From the NCBI GenBank assembly GCA_963736855.1, contig CAVTQK010000021.1:544001-608000 (forward strand): 64,000 nt of DNA, in the 5' to 3' direction. The notes under the pieces were generated by a model, which worked only from the letters and a program-made list of their open reading frames with translations, was not told the origin of the DNA and searched no databases. Positions 50,121 to 60,803 of this stretch are shown in pieces. Every line of letters begins with the position of its first letter. Within the stretch, counting starts at the first letter, position 1. Made by a program: the position numbers and the translations under genes. This DNA is from an uncultured delta proteobacterium. Its GTDB lineage: Bacteria > Desulfobacterota > Desulfobacteria > Desulfobacterales > UBA2156.

Positions 50121-52082
50121 ATGCAGGATAATAATCCCGTCGCTACCCTCCGGTCTTTGCGCCGAGGTATCTCGAATATGGCGCGGATCCTGTGTATTGA
50201 AGACCCACAGATCGATTCATGGATCCGTGCGCTGGACTTGAAGCTTTTTCCCCGGGTGGATCCGGATTTTCCATTAATTGCCGCAATCTGTGGGGGAGGC
50301 TCTTCTGGAAAATCGACCCTGTTCAATACCCTGATCGGATCCAGGATCTCTCCCACCGGCGGCCGCGCCGGCATGAATCGACGTGTTTTCATGGCTCTTC
50401 CCGAAAATATCGCTTCGAGAAAAGACTTTCTATTTTCCCTATACGAACCCTTCGGGGTTGTCCCGGAGCAACTGCGGGATCCACAAACCCTTGAGGAGCC
50501 GGGGGCCCCTTTGTATATGATCAGCAATGCGGTTCCCAAGAACCTGATTCTTCTAGACACACCGGATTTCGATACAGGTTCCAGGGGCGTCTACGCGAAT
50601 CGGCAAGAAGCAGAGAACGCCCTCGAGACGGCGGACGTCTTTATCTACGTCTTCACCAATTCCAATTATAACAACCGGGACAACACCGATTTTATTTCCC
50701 GGATGTTGACAGGCATCGGCATGCGCAAGGCCTTTTTGGTCTATCGGGCCTACCCCGGCTTCACCGATGCGGAAGTCTGCGAGCATGCCATGACGGTTGC
50801 TAAAAACATCTATGGGGAAAATGCCGAAAAGTATATTTTAGGAATATACCGCGCCGATGAAAACAACGCCGTAGCAGCCGGAAAGGCCTTTCTTTCCCTC
50901 GATCCTGCTCATACTCAATACCTTCCGTTTCATGAAGCCATCGATGCCATCGATCCGTTAATACTCCGTAAAGATATGCTGGATTCGGTGGCAACCGACG
51001 CCGGCAGGAAAGCCCGGCCTCTCGCAGAAGGACTCGAGCAGTCCTATGAAAAGCTTCTCCGATACACGAAGCTCCTGAAAGCCATACAAGACACTCAAAT
51101 CCGGGCAAGCCTTCGCCATTTCCCTACGGACCGGGTCCTGAAACGATTCACAAAAATCTGGATGACCCTGGATCCGCCCTTCATCCGCACCCTTCGAAAG
51201 ACCGGTCAGCTCATGGAGATCCCATTCAAACTACTTGTAAAAGCAGCAAAATGGTTGGGCAGATCAAGCGATTCAGAGTCCTCTGCAAAGGATACCGGGG
51301 CCTTCGAACATCAAGTGGAATCCGATCTGCTCCATGCCGCCCATGAGCTCTTTTCGGCCGCCCTTGCCGAACATCTCTCCGTCGCTGTAACCCATGGAGA
51401 TATCCCCGGACACGACTCCGGGACTCCTCACGAAACGAGAAAAACTGCCCAACCGACATCGCCCCAGGAAACCTTTCAGGCATTGGACGTCTTGGCACAT
51501 TCCGTAGTCTTTCCAGAGCAAAACGCCCTGTCTGCTATCGGCTGGCAAACCACACGGGATGCCATCCTCGCCCGGAAAGAGGCGATTGTGGCCTTTTCAA
51601 ACCAAATGGATATGGAGCTGATTCGAATCGCCGGGGATTTCCGAAAACGGATGCGCCCGATAGATCGGATCCGTCAGTCTCTTTCGGCTGCATTGAACAT
51701 CCTGCCCGCCACCCTAGCCGTAACCTACGTCCTTCACACCGGAGATCCCGTGGGCGCCGTGGGGATCAAAGTCAAACTGGCAAGCCTTCTCGGGGCCAAG
51801 GACCTCTATGCGCTGCTCGCCATTCCTGCAACGGCCGGTCTCAAGGCTGCGGACATGAAGCAGCTTCAGGAAATGCTGGAACCCCTGGCCCGATCCTGGT
51901 TTGAAAATAAATATAAAGAAACTGCAAAGATCTTTGAATCCCATATCACCGGCAGGATATTCGATCGTGCCGATGAAGCGCTTTCACAATCCGGCTTACT
52001 GATGAAAAAAATCCAGGAAGATCTTGAGGCGATGGAGTCGGGTATCCTTGAAAACAGACCGGGACATAACGATCGTGTCTAA
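50121..52082 (+). CDS. Dynamin-like/TRAFAC GTPase with long helical C-terminus
   Basis: GGGSSGKSTLFN, LLDTPDFD; G4 motif not evident; hydrophobic segment near the C-terminus. Confidence 0.7.
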   Translation: MQDNNPVATLRSLRRGISNMARILCIEDPQIDSWIRALDLKLFPRVDPDFPLIAAICGGGSSGKSTLFNTLIGSRISPTGGRAGMNRRVFMALPENIASRKDFLFSLYEPFGVVPEQLRDPQTLEEPGAPLYMISNAVPKNLILLDTPDFDTGSRGVYANRQEAENALETADVFIYVFTNSNYNNRDNTDFISRMLTGIGMRKAFLVYRAYPGFTDAEVCEHAMTVAKNIYGENAEKYILGIYRADENNAVAAGKAFLSLDPAHTQYLPFHEAIDAIDPLILRKDMLDSVATDAGRKARPLAEGLEQSYEKLLRYTKLLKAIQDTQIRASLRHFPTDRVLKRFTKIWMTLDPPFIRTLRKTGQLMEIPFKLLVKAAKWLGRSSDSESSAKDTGAFEHQVESDLLHAAHELFSAALAEHLSVAVTHGDIPGHDSGTPHETRKTAQPTSPQETFQALDVLAHSVVFPEQNALSAIGWQTTRDAILARKEAIVAFSNQMDMELIRIAGDFRKRMRPIDRIRQSLSAALNILPATLAVTYVLHTGDPVGAVGIKVKLASLLGAKDLYALLAIPATAGLKAADMKQLQEMLEPLARSWFENKYKETAKIFESHITGRIFDRADEALSQSGLLMKKIQEDLEAMESGILENRPGHNDRV

Positions 52083-53841
52083 AAAAGAAATCTTACGAAT
52101 CCAGGGTATCGGGAAAATTGAAGGGTATCTAACCGATATCCGACGTCTCGAAAATACTTTGGGTCAAGCATCCCTTTGGACTCCGGGTGCTTCATTGATC
52201 CGGGAGTGCCGTGAAGCGTTTCATCTGATCAGCTCCCTGAAAGAGCGTTTCGAACGCAAGCTCATCATCACCCTTATCGGTGCATCCGGCTCCGGAAAAT
52301 CCACACTTTTCAATGCCCTTTCCGGTGTGGACGATCTCTCGGAAACCGGATTGAAACGCCCGACAACGAGAAAGATTGTCCTCCTCTCACAAGCCGGAAC
52401 AGATGCCGGGGACCTCATCCGGGAGCTCGGAAGCGAACATGTGCAAATTCGACACATTCCTGAAACCTCTTTTTTGGAAAATGCGGTGCTCATCGATACA
52501 CCCGACACGGACAGCACCCTTCTCGAGGAACACCGTATCCTCATCCATAAGGCGATCGCTTTTTCCGATGTTCTCATCTGCCTGTTTGATGCCCAAAATC
52601 CGAAAAGAAAAGACCATGCCGATTTTCTTGCCTCTTATGTCCACCGATTCGACGGAGAATCCCTCATCGCGGTATTGAATAAATGCGATCGGTTGGAAAA
52701 AGAAGAACTGATCACGACCATCGTTCCCGAATTTTTGGGATACATTCAGGATTCATGGGAAAAGCCGGCCGAAGCGCTCTATTGTATATCCGGTCGGAAT
52801 CATCTGAAAAATCCCGGATGGGATCCGTCTGCGAGCCCCCTTCATGAGTTCGATCAATTCGATACGCTCAAAGAAAAGATCCTGCTGGCATCCGCCTATG
52901 AAGGGGCTCTTTTCGACCGCCGCCTGAAGAATGCCCAAGAGATTCTGGACTATCTTTTCAAGCAAGTGAAAACCGAAGCATCAAAGGATCGGGAAACCCT
53001 GTCACATGCCCTGAATCAAATCCGGGATCTCGAAAAGAAGGCTGCCGACAGTGCAATGGCTGTCCTTCAATCCAATGATTCTCCTTCTCTTTTTTCACTA
53101 TCGACCCGCATCTATCAGGAACTGGTCCAACGCTGGACAGGGCCTGTGGGTTGGCTCATCGCCCTCTGGTGCCGGCTGCTCTCATTTGGAAGCGGGATTG
53201 CATCTCTTTTCCGCTTACCCAAGTCGGTTCGGCATATCAAGGATCGAATTACGTCTTTTCATCGCCCAGTCAGTGCCGAAATGAAGCCTTTTTCAGCAAC
53301 CGGTGGGGAATCCAACGGCCTGGCCCTGAAGGAATATCGTTTGGTGATCGTCAGACACTGGGGGGATATTGCAGCAGCACTGATCAAAGGACGCTTCGAC
53401 CCTTCCACGCGGCAAATCGACACGCTCGTCCAAGGGAGGGAAGCATTGGAAGATTATCTTTCATCCGTTTGGAACACGGCCCTTGCCGAAGAAATCAGGG
53501 AGACTGCCGACCGTCTCAGCGGCTTTTTCATACAGTTTTTATTTAATTTGCCGATACTGGGGATATCGGGTTACGCGGCATGGTTAACCATCAGGGACTT
53601 TATTCAGGGGAAGATACTTCCTTTCGATTTTTTTCTGCACGCCTTCTTTGCCATTGGCGTCACCCTTTTTTTGAGTTTTTTCGCATTCCAGGCTTGGGTC
53701 CGGTTCTTCGCGAAAAAGCGTCGCATTGAAGCGCGCGCACTCCAGGCAACACATCGAACGACCGGCCCCGACGGTTGGCTCGGGGAGAGCGCCATCGCCG
53801 GCCAGGTCGCAACAGTCCTTACATTCACACAAAGTGTCTGA
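52075..53841 (+). CDS. Dynamin-like GTPase with C-terminal TM helices
   Basis: GASGSGKS, RPTT, DTPDTDS, NKCD; GTG start overlaps the upstream stop. Confidence 0.75.
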   Translation: MSKKEILRIQGIGKIEGYLTDIRRLENTLGQASLWTPGASLIRECREAFHLISSLKERFERKLIITLIGASGSGKSTLFNALSGVDDLSETGLKRPTTRKIVLLSQAGTDAGDLIRELGSEHVQIRHIPETSFLENAVLIDTPDTDSTLLEEHRILIHKAIAFSDVLICLFDAQNPKRKDHADFLASYVHRFDGESLIAVLNKCDRLEKEELITTIVPEFLGYIQDSWEKPAEALYCISGRNHLKNPGWDPSASPLHEFDQFDTLKEKILLASAYEGALFDRRLKNAQEILDYLFKQVKTEASKDRETLSHALNQIRDLEKKAADSAMAVLQSNDSPSLFSLSTRIYQELVQRWTGPVGWLIALWCRLLSFGSGIASLFRLPKSVRHIKDRITSFHRPVSAEMKPFSATGGESNGLALKEYRLVIVRHWGDIAAALIKGRFDPSTRQIDTLVQGREALEDYLSSVWNTALAEEIRETADRLSGFFIQFLFNLPILGISGYAAWLTIRDFIQGKILPFDFFLHAFFAIGVTLFLSFFAFQAWVRFFAKKRRIEARALQATHRTTGPDGWLGESAIAGQVATVLTFTQSV

Positions 53842-53940
53842 TATAAGCCCTCCTGCCCTACACGTTCTTTTTCAATGCCGGAGGGAAGATAATGAATCCT
53901 CATCCGCTCACAGCCCTCCGGCATCCCATCAAGATACTTT

Positions 53941-54558
53941 TCATAATGCGGCTTGACCGAGTGCCACAGTTTTTGGAACTCCTTCATAGGGTGTCCGCTT
54001 TTTGGATTTTAGAGAGCGGGGGTCGCGCAACGTCTTGAGGATTTCAATGCTGGCCTTGAGCCCTTTGGCATACCGGCAATTTTCGATGGCCATACCGGCA
54101 ATCTGGGCCACAGCCTGAACAAAGTTAACATCTTCCAGTGCAAACTCCCACGGCTCAGAAGTATAGATCCTCAGAACACCGATAACGTTGTTGTGAATCA
54201 CTATGGGCACCGACATGATGGAAGCGATCCCCTCCTTCTTTGCCGCATCGGGATATTGGATCCTTGGGTCGTCTGTGACGTCGTATATGGCTACCGGACC
54301 CTCCTCAAGGGAGGCGGCTATGGATTTGAGTGCGCTGAGTGTTCCCTTATTCAGGTATTCATCGCTCAAACCGTGAGCTCCGGCCAGCTTTAACTCGTTG
54401 TTTTTTTTATCGATCAAAAACAGCGCACACCCTTTTACCCCCATGGCGGTCTTGATTCCTTCAACCGTGAGCATGATCACATCTTCCGCATCCATGGTCA
54501 TAGACATGTTGCGGGTGATCTTGAGTATCGTCTCGTAATTGATCTGATACTTTTTCAT
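53941..54558 (-). CDS. Stand-alone GAF domain protein
   Basis: LAGAHGLSDEYL, DPRIQY, EGIASIMSVPI, IGVLRIY. Confidence 0.85.
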   Translation of the reverse strand: MKKYQINYETILKITRNMSMTMDAEDVIMLTVEGIKTAMGVKGCALFLIDKKNNELKLAGAHGLSDEYLNKGTLSALKSIAASLEEGPVAIYDVTDDPRIQYPDAAKKEGIASIMSVPIVIHNNVIGVLRIYTSEPWEFALEDVNFVQAVAQIAGMAIENCRYAKGLKASIEILKTLRDPRSLKSKKRTPYEGVPKTVALGQAAL

Positions 54559-54957
54559 AGCAATACCTCCTTTAGCGCATCTGAGTTAAAGAATCCTCTG
54601 CTTATCGGCGGGCATCCCCCAACTCAAAAAGGGGCAAATCCAATACGAGCAGCGCGTCTCTACTCCCGACGGATATCCCGCCGGGAGGCAGCTATGCACA
54701 ATTTGAGAAGCTTTCTCATGGGTCACACTAAAACTGTGTCGAAAACCGCTAAAATATCAGCCGCTGACACCAAAAATCAGGCAAGAATGCGAAGGAAACC
54801 AGAATGTGATTGAGTGCAGAGATGGAAATATCGACGTTGAGATCGTGGTCAAAATTTGATAACAGAAGTTATCTTTTGGCATTAATTTAACGGAAAATTA
54901 AACCCATGTCAAATGAAATCTTTTCTTTGGTAAATAGCATTTAAGGTCTCTTGCCGT

Positions 54958-55392
54958 TTACTTAAGACTCAATATTTTCTGGTGTTGATCCAGGATCCGC
55001 TCTTCCCAGGACGGTTCTCCTTTAAGATATGTCTGAGCCAGGCGATGGAAAGACAACGCTCTCTGAGGGTCCTTTTTCAGGATCCATGCGTCGGCGAGCA
55101 GAAAATATCCTTCCCCATTGTAGGGGTGCAATGCCACGGATCGTTCCAGGACCCGGATGGCCGACTCTGCGTTTCCGGACTCCAAAAATCGCCTCGCCTG
55201 ATCCGTCAGTTGTAGGGAAGCCAGCTCCCCCGGGCTCTTTGGAGACACCGGAATCTCCGGGCCAGCGGGGCGTTCTACGGTCTGCTCCTTGGAAACATCG
55301 CCTGCAGGCACACTGCGGATCACCTGACGCGCACACGCCGCCGGTATCAAGAAAAAGATGCATAAAAGAATTCTAACAGACCTCTTTGACAT
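54958..55392 (-). CDS. TPR lipoprotein (possible PBP1B partner, LpoP-like)
   Basis: PAAC lipobox, TPR-like AIRVLERSVALHPYNGEGYFLLA; directly downstream of mrcB. Confidence 0.65.
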   Translation of the reverse strand: MSKRSVRILLCIFFLIPAACARQVIRSVPAGDVSKEQTVERPAGPEIPVSPKSPGELASLQLTDQARRFLESGNAESAIRVLERSVALHPYNGEGYFLLADAWILKKDPQRALSFHRLAQTYLKGEPSWEERILDQHQKILSLK

Positions 55393-55393
55393 G

Positions 55394-57694
55394 CTAGGGC
55401 CCGTCTTGTCTGTCAGAATAATGCCTATAGTCAGTTGTGTGGAGTGTACATTCTCTTTCCGGTAGATTTTCTTCAAGAAAAACCTCTTCCTCGATGGTGG
55501 GGCAAAAGCCGGGAACGGCCAGTTCGCCGCTTTCGACACATATATTTTTTTTCACCACGCCTTCCGGGACTTTGAACATGTTTCCTGAGATTCTGTGCTT
55601 GATCGACGACATCAATTCCGCCCAGATGGGGAGCGCCGCCTCGGCACCGGTAAGTCCGGTGGACCTATTGTCGTCAAAGCCCACCCAGACAAGCGCCAGG
55701 ATCTCCGGAGTATATCCGACAAACCAGGCATCCCGGTAAGCATTGGTGGTTCCGGTTTTTCCGGCGGTTGGAAATGATATGCCAAACCTTGACAGGGAGC
55801 GGGCGGTGCCGTGTGTTACGGCAAATTCCAGCATGGAAGTCATGAGGTAGGCTTTCGATTGAGAAACCACCGGTAACAGGGTCATGTATTTTCGTTGAAG
55901 CGTTTTTCCCTTTTCATCATAGACTTCTTTTAGGGAAAGGGGAAAGGGCATCTCACCATCGCCGGCAAAAACACAGTAGGCCGTGGCAAGCTCCAGGGGG
56001 ATCACCTCAAAAGCACCCAGCGAAACAGCCGGATAAGGGAGAATCGGTGTCGAAAACCCGAATTTTCGGATCGTTTCCACCACCTTTTTGATGCCGACCC
56101 TCATGGCCAAATCCACGGTGGCCAGATTCACAGACTCCGCCAATGCTTCTTTTAGTCGAAATTGGCGCCGGAAAACCGGATTGTAGTTTTTCGGCTGCCA
56201 TTCATGACCGTCAATCGTGAAAGTTTTAGGCTCGTTGGACAATAGGGAAGCAGGCGTCAGAGAATCCAGAGCACTCAAGTAGACAAAGGGCTTGATGGTG
56301 CTTCCGGGCTGTCGCCTGGCCTGAGTAATCCGGTTGAACTGACTGCTGCCGTAATCCCGCCCCCCTACCATGGCAAGGATGGCGCCGGTTTTCGGATGCA
56401 TGACGATAAGCCCTCCTTGAAGATGCTCGGTCGGCTTTACGCGTTTCAGCTCCGGGTGGATTTTCTCCAGGCGTTTCAAGCCGTCGTCAAGAGCCTTTTC
56501 CGCGGCGCATTGAACCTGGGTGTCCAGAGTAGTATGAATGGCAAACCCCGATCCGGATAAAACTTCCTTGGGGTAAAGGAGGGCCAGTTGCTCTGAAACA
56601 TGGTCCATAAAATAGGGGGCTCTTTTCCCATATCGCGTAACGCTTGCAGCTCTTATCGGAAGCGATTCGGTCTCTTTTTGCTGCTTTTCCGTGATCCATC
56701 CTTCTTTGAACATGGCCAAAAGAACTTGATTTCTTCGGATCCGGGCCATTTCAGGATGGGCATGGGGCGAGTATCGATTGGGGGCTTTGATTAGCCCGGC
56801 CAAAACAGCGGACTCGTTGAGCGAAAGGAGATCGACTGATTTCCCAAAATAAAAATCCGCCGCCTCCCCGATCCCATTAATCGATATCGAACCTTTCTGT
56901 CCGAAATAGATCTCGTTGAGATAGATTTCCAGAATGGTTTTTTTGTCATAAAGGGCTTCCATGGTGAGAGCAAACAGGAGTTCTTTGATCTTCCGGGACA
57001 GGGTCCGTTCCGGTGTGAGAAAATAATTTTTGGCAAGTTGCTGACTCAGCGTGGACCCTCCCTGCCGGATAGTGCCGGAACGCAAATTTGCCAGAAGCGC
57101 ACGGATTATTCCGATGGGGTCGACACCTGGATGTCGAAAAAAACGATTGTCTTCGATGGCTAAAATCGCGTGGACCAGATGCTCCGGAACCTGATCAATG
57201 GATACCAGCCGCCGTTGTTCCCTCTCGGGTCCGAAAAAATGCATCAGCTCTTCAGCTTCTATCTCCAAAAGAGGAATAGATTCCCTGAGATCCGCGCGAT
57301 CAATGGAAATAATCCGATCCGCGTCGAATCGGATCATGACCGGGAAGCCCTCTCGTTTTGCCCCTGTCTCCTGGATATCTTTCAAAAAAACAGTCAAGGC
57401 CGCAGGCAGGATATGCATCTGTCCCGACAATTCAGGTTGCCGGGTAACTTCTTGATATCCCAAATCTTTCAGTTTCGTAATAAACAGCGTCTTATTGATT
57501 CGCTGTCCTGGAAAAAGGAGGGTCACATCCGAAAATACCCGGGAAGGAATCTGCCAACGCCGCCCTGAAAAGCGTTTTTCGATTTCAAAAGACAAATAAA
57601 AACAGTACCCCACTATTACGATGCCGGCCAACAATGCGATCAGCAGGCTTACTAGCGCCGCCGTCTTATAAGGCCGGGATTTGTTCACCATCAT
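55394..57694 (-). CDS. mrcB: Class A penicillin-binding protein PBP1B
   Basis: TM segment, UB2H-like region, EDNRF, GGSTLSQQLAKN, STIK, SVN, KTGT. Confidence 0.88.
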   Translation of the reverse strand: MMVNKSRPYKTAALVSLLIALLAGIVIVGYCFYLSFEIEKRFSGRRWQIPSRVFSDVTLLFPGQRINKTLFITKLKDLGYQEVTRQPELSGQMHILPAALTVFLKDIQETGAKREGFPVMIRFDADRIISIDRADLRESIPLLEIEAEELMHFFGPEREQRRLVSIDQVPEHLVHAILAIEDNRFFRHPGVDPIGIIRALLANLRSGTIRQGGSTLSQQLAKNYFLTPERTLSRKIKELLFALTMEALYDKKTILEIYLNEIYFGQKGSISINGIGEAADFYFGKSVDLLSLNESAVLAGLIKAPNRYSPHAHPEMARIRRNQVLLAMFKEGWITEKQQKETESLPIRAASVTRYGKRAPYFMDHVSEQLALLYPKEVLSGSGFAIHTTLDTQVQCAAEKALDDGLKRLEKIHPELKRVKPTEHLQGGLIVMHPKTGAILAMVGGRDYGSSQFNRITQARRQPGSTIKPFVYLSALDSLTPASLLSNEPKTFTIDGHEWQPKNYNPVFRRQFRLKEALAESVNLATVDLAMRVGIKKVVETIRKFGFSTPILPYPAVSLGAFEVIPLELATAYCVFAGDGEMPFPLSLKEVYDEKGKTLQRKYMTLLPVVSQSKAYLMTSMLEFAVTHGTARSLSRFGISFPTAGKTGTTNAYRDAWFVGYTPEILALVWVGFDDNRSTGLTGAEAALPIWAELMSSIKHRISGNMFKVPEGVVKKNICVESGELAVPGFCPTIEEEVFLEENLPERECTLHTTDYRHYSDRQDGP

Positions 57695-57937
57695 TTCGGG
57701 GTTACCTTCACGACTGTACGATAGAAACGCTGACTTTCATCCGCTTTCATGGATCTCCTGGATGTTCAATCGATTGGCCTTAAACTATTTGCTTTTATTG
57801 TAACCGATCCCGGATGTTCGAGCAATCCATTCCCCTAATAAATAAAGGGGAGGGCCCGTGATGACCGGACGGCTCACACCCGCCTTTAAACAGGAACTTA
57901 AATTAGAATCTGAATGAGTTAACTAAGTATTAACTCT

Positions 57938-57983
57938 AAAAAAACGGGGCTGTCGGAGGCCCCGAAGGACCTCCGACAGCCCC
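57938..57983 (-). terminator. Rho-independent terminator
   Basis: GGGGCTGTCGGAGG/CCTCCGACAGCCCC stem followed by a T-run on the minus strand, downstream of the 58029-58424 gene. Confidence 0.7.
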
Positions 57984-58028
57984 AATCATTTTTCTTTTAG
58001 ACAGGCCGAGGTTACCGACTATTCACCC

Positions 58029-58424
58029 TCATCTGTCACACAAGCGATAGCGCCTTTCTTCCCAGTGGCCCGGAGAAATCAACCGTTTCTCCCAGTATCC
58101 CGGAACCCAACAGCCTCTATGATCATGGTGATCTGGAATCCACACCCAATCATACTGAGGGGGAACCCATTCCCGCCTCACTTCCCAGCTATCACAGTCC
58201 GGCCTTGGGTGATACGGGGGATGATGGTAAAACGGCGGCGGCGCAGGTCTGTGATGATAAGGAGGACAAAATAAGGCGCTTCCTATAATTGCGGCGCCGA
58301 CCCCGATGGCCACTCCTTCCCACCGATATCGCTGGGGACTCTTTGCGTATGCACTGGAAACACTCAAGAGTGCCAAACAGGTAATTGTAACCACGGTGAT
58401 CATGAGAAAGCTTTTTTTATTCAT
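58029..58424 (-). CDS. Secreted Pro/His/Trp-rich protein (YXWGXW-like repeats)
   Basis: Signal peptide, glycine-zipper-like GVAIGVGAAIIG, WVPP/WVPGYW/PGHW repeats; AGGAGG RBS. Confidence 0.65.
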   Translation of the reverse strand: MNKKSFLMITVVTITCLALLSVSSAYAKSPQRYRWEGVAIGVGAAIIGSALFCPPYHHRPAPPPFYHHPPYHPRPDCDSWEVRREWVPPQYDWVWIPDHHDHRGCWVPGYWEKRLISPGHWEERRYRLCDR

Positions 58425-58577
58425 GGGATACCTCCTTTTTTCTTCAGTTTAACCCTTAAAGACGTCCCAGGTTCATATTTAGTCTACAATTTACATACCG
58501 ATAAGGAAATAATCCCTGCTTTCGAGCTTTACATAAGAATATGGAGCCTCTATTATAAAAGGAGAAAGGCTCACAGG

Positions 58578-58976
58578 ATGGTCATTTTTTGGGAAAACCG
58601 GGGAAATTGGACCTTTTTCTCACGCATACTAATTCTTGCATGGATCTTTTCGGCCATGGCAATCCCCCCGGTTTATGGCTTTCGCTGCGGTACACGCCTG
58701 GTTTCCATAGGAGACAGAGCAATAGATGTTAGGAGAAACTGTGGGGCTCCCGATGATATTCAGGCATGGGAAGAAGAACGCGTTATGCGAGATTTTGGTA
58801 CTTACCGGGATGACGGGAGCCGATACCCGACCCGGGAACCGATCTTTGTAAAAGTTCATGTAAAGGTTGAAGAATGGATTTATAACTTAGGTCCACATAT
58901 GTTTATTAGGATACTAAGATTCGAAAATGGAAGGCTTGTGGAAATCAACACCGGCGATCGCGGTTATCCAAAGTAG
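58578..58976 (+). CDS. DUF2845 family protein
   Basis: FRCGTRLVSIGD...CGAP...EEWIYNLGP...LRFENG. Confidence 0.8.
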   Translation: MVIFWENRGNWTFFSRILILAWIFSAMAIPPVYGFRCGTRLVSIGDRAIDVRRNCGAPDDIQAWEEERVMRDFGTYRDDGSRYPTREPIFVKVHVKVEEWIYNLGPHMFIRILRFENGRLVEINTGDRGYPK

Positions 58977-59303
58977 CTTACCATTGGATTTATCGACATC
59001 CTAAATTCCGTATTTTTGTTGATATAGATACATTGTCGGATGATCATGGATATTTTTTTGACATTCGATCCTTCGCCAATGAAAATGGATTTCTCGGCCG
59101 GCACCGGCCGTGGTCCATCTCTTAATAAAATCTGAAAATGTGAAACGACAAAGAAAAACTTCATGTCGGCTGAAGTCGGCCGCATTAGAGGTCAAGGGTT
59201 CAGAGGTTTAACTCAAAGTCATTCTTATATGTTTTTCTAATCTTGAACCCTTTCAGAACAATGATCGAAGTTAAATCTTCATCTTAATACAAGATTTTTT
59301 TAT

Positions 59304-60803
59304 ATGGCGCATTCTGCTTCATGTCCAATCGAAACTCCTCTTGAACCGTGCATATTTGTTATCATGGGGGCCACCGGGGATCTCGCCAACCGAAAGCTTC
59401 TACCGGCCCTTTTCAATCTTTTCAAAAACAAGGCGTTGCCGGATCCCTTGACCATTGTCGGCTGCGGTCGCACCGAAATAAGCCTGGAGGCTTTTCGGAA
59501 TCAAACACAGACCGCATTGAAAAATGCCGGGATATTTGATGCGGTAAAGTGGAATGATTTTTCAAGAACCCTTGCCTACCAGAGGCTTTCCTATGAAGAT
59601 GCCGAATCCGGAAAAGTGCTTGCAAAAGCACTCCGGTCTCTGGATCGACAAAGGAAACTATCCGAAAACAGGATCTTTTATCTTGCCCTCCCCCCGGATC
59701 TTTATGCCCCTACCGTCAACCTCCTTGGAGGTGCCGGGCTCGGAGTTGAGAAGTCGGAAGGTTCGGGATGGTCCAGGTTGGTCGTGGAAAAGCCTTTCGG
59801 CTATGACCTGGAAAGCGCCATGGCGCTTGATCGACTGATTCATTCCCATTTCAGGGAGCATCAGATTTTCAGGATCGACCACTATCTTGCCAAAGAAACC
59901 GTTCAGAACATCCTGATCTTTCGGTTCGCCAATGCTGTTTTTGAGCCGATATGGGACAGAAGATATATCGATTCGATTCACATCACAGCCATCGAAAAGC
60001 TGGGGGTGGAGCATCGGGCCGGGTACTACGACCAGGCCGGTGTGATTCGAGACATGTTCCAAAACCACATGATGCAGTTGTTGGCTATGACGACAATGGA
60101 ACCCCCTTCCCGATTCGAATCCGAATCGGTCCGGGATGAAAAAACAAAAGTCTTTCGTTCTCTTAGGCCTTTTCCGGTGGATAATCTCCGGACATTTCTC
60201 ATCCTGGGACAGTATGCACGCGGATCCTCGGCCGGAAAAGCCTTACCGGCTTATCAGGAAGAACCTGGAGTGCGGTCCGGATCGCTGACACCTACCTATG
60301 CCCTGATGAAGGTCTTCATCGACAACTGGCGATGGCAAGGTATACCGATCTTCATGGAATCCGGGAAGCGTCTTTCGGAAAAACGAACGGAAATCGTAAT
60401 CACTTTCAAGAATGTGCCTCACTGTATGTTTCGAAAAACTTTCGATGAGGCCATTTCTCCCAATCGATTGGTACTCGGCATCTACCCCGAAGAACACATT
60501 CAGTTGAACTTCCAGACCAAAAAAGCCGGGGCAAAAATGTGCCTCGGAAGCGCCGTTCTGGATTTCAAATACCATCAAGATGCCGGAGAACCTCTTTTGG
60601 GTGCCTATGAAAAGGTCCTCAACGATTGCATGACCGGCGACCAGATGCTCTTCTGGCGGCAAGACGGTGTCGAGGCCTGCTGGTCTTTTTTGACGCCGAT
60701 TTTGAACGCGTGTGAACAATGTGCCTTCCGGAAGGAAATGCTGTATTCATACCCCGCGGGAGGACCCGGACCGGATACAGCCCGAGCATTTTTAGATGAT
60801 TGA
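59304..60803 (+). CDS. zwf: Glucose-6-phosphate 1-dehydrogenase
   Basis: GATGDLA, EKPFG, RIDHYLAKE, RDMFQNH. Confidence 0.95.
   Translation: MAHSASCPIETPLEPCIFVIMGATGDLANRKLLPALFNLFKNKALPDPLTIVGCGRTEISLEAFRNQTQTALKNAGIFDAVKWNDFSRTLAYQRLSYEDAESGKVLAKALRSLDRQRKLSENRIFYLALPPDLYAPTVNLLGGAGLGVEKSEGSGWSRLVVEKPFGYDLESAMALDRLIHSHFREHQIFRIDHYLAKETVQNILIFRFANAVFEPIWDRRYIDSIHITAIEKLGVEHRAGYYDQAGVIRDMFQNHMMQLLAMTTMEPPSRFESESVRDEKTKVFRSLRPFPVDNLRTFLILGQYARGSSAGKALPAYQEEPGVRSGSLTPTYALMKVFIDNWRWQGIPIFMESGKRLSEKRTEIVITFKNVPHCMFRKTFDEAISPNRLVLGIYPEEHIQLNFQTKKAGAKMCLGSAVLDFKYHQDAGEPLLGAYEKVLNDCMTGDQMLFWRQDGVEACWSFLTPILNACEQCAFRKEMLYSYPAGGPGPDTARAFLDD

Noticed and set aside
54590..54740. Structured leader upstream of the GAF gene as a c-di-GMP riboswitch
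   Set aside because: Hairpins are present, but the conserved riboswitch motifs could not be found on the coding strand; an Rfam search would be needed.
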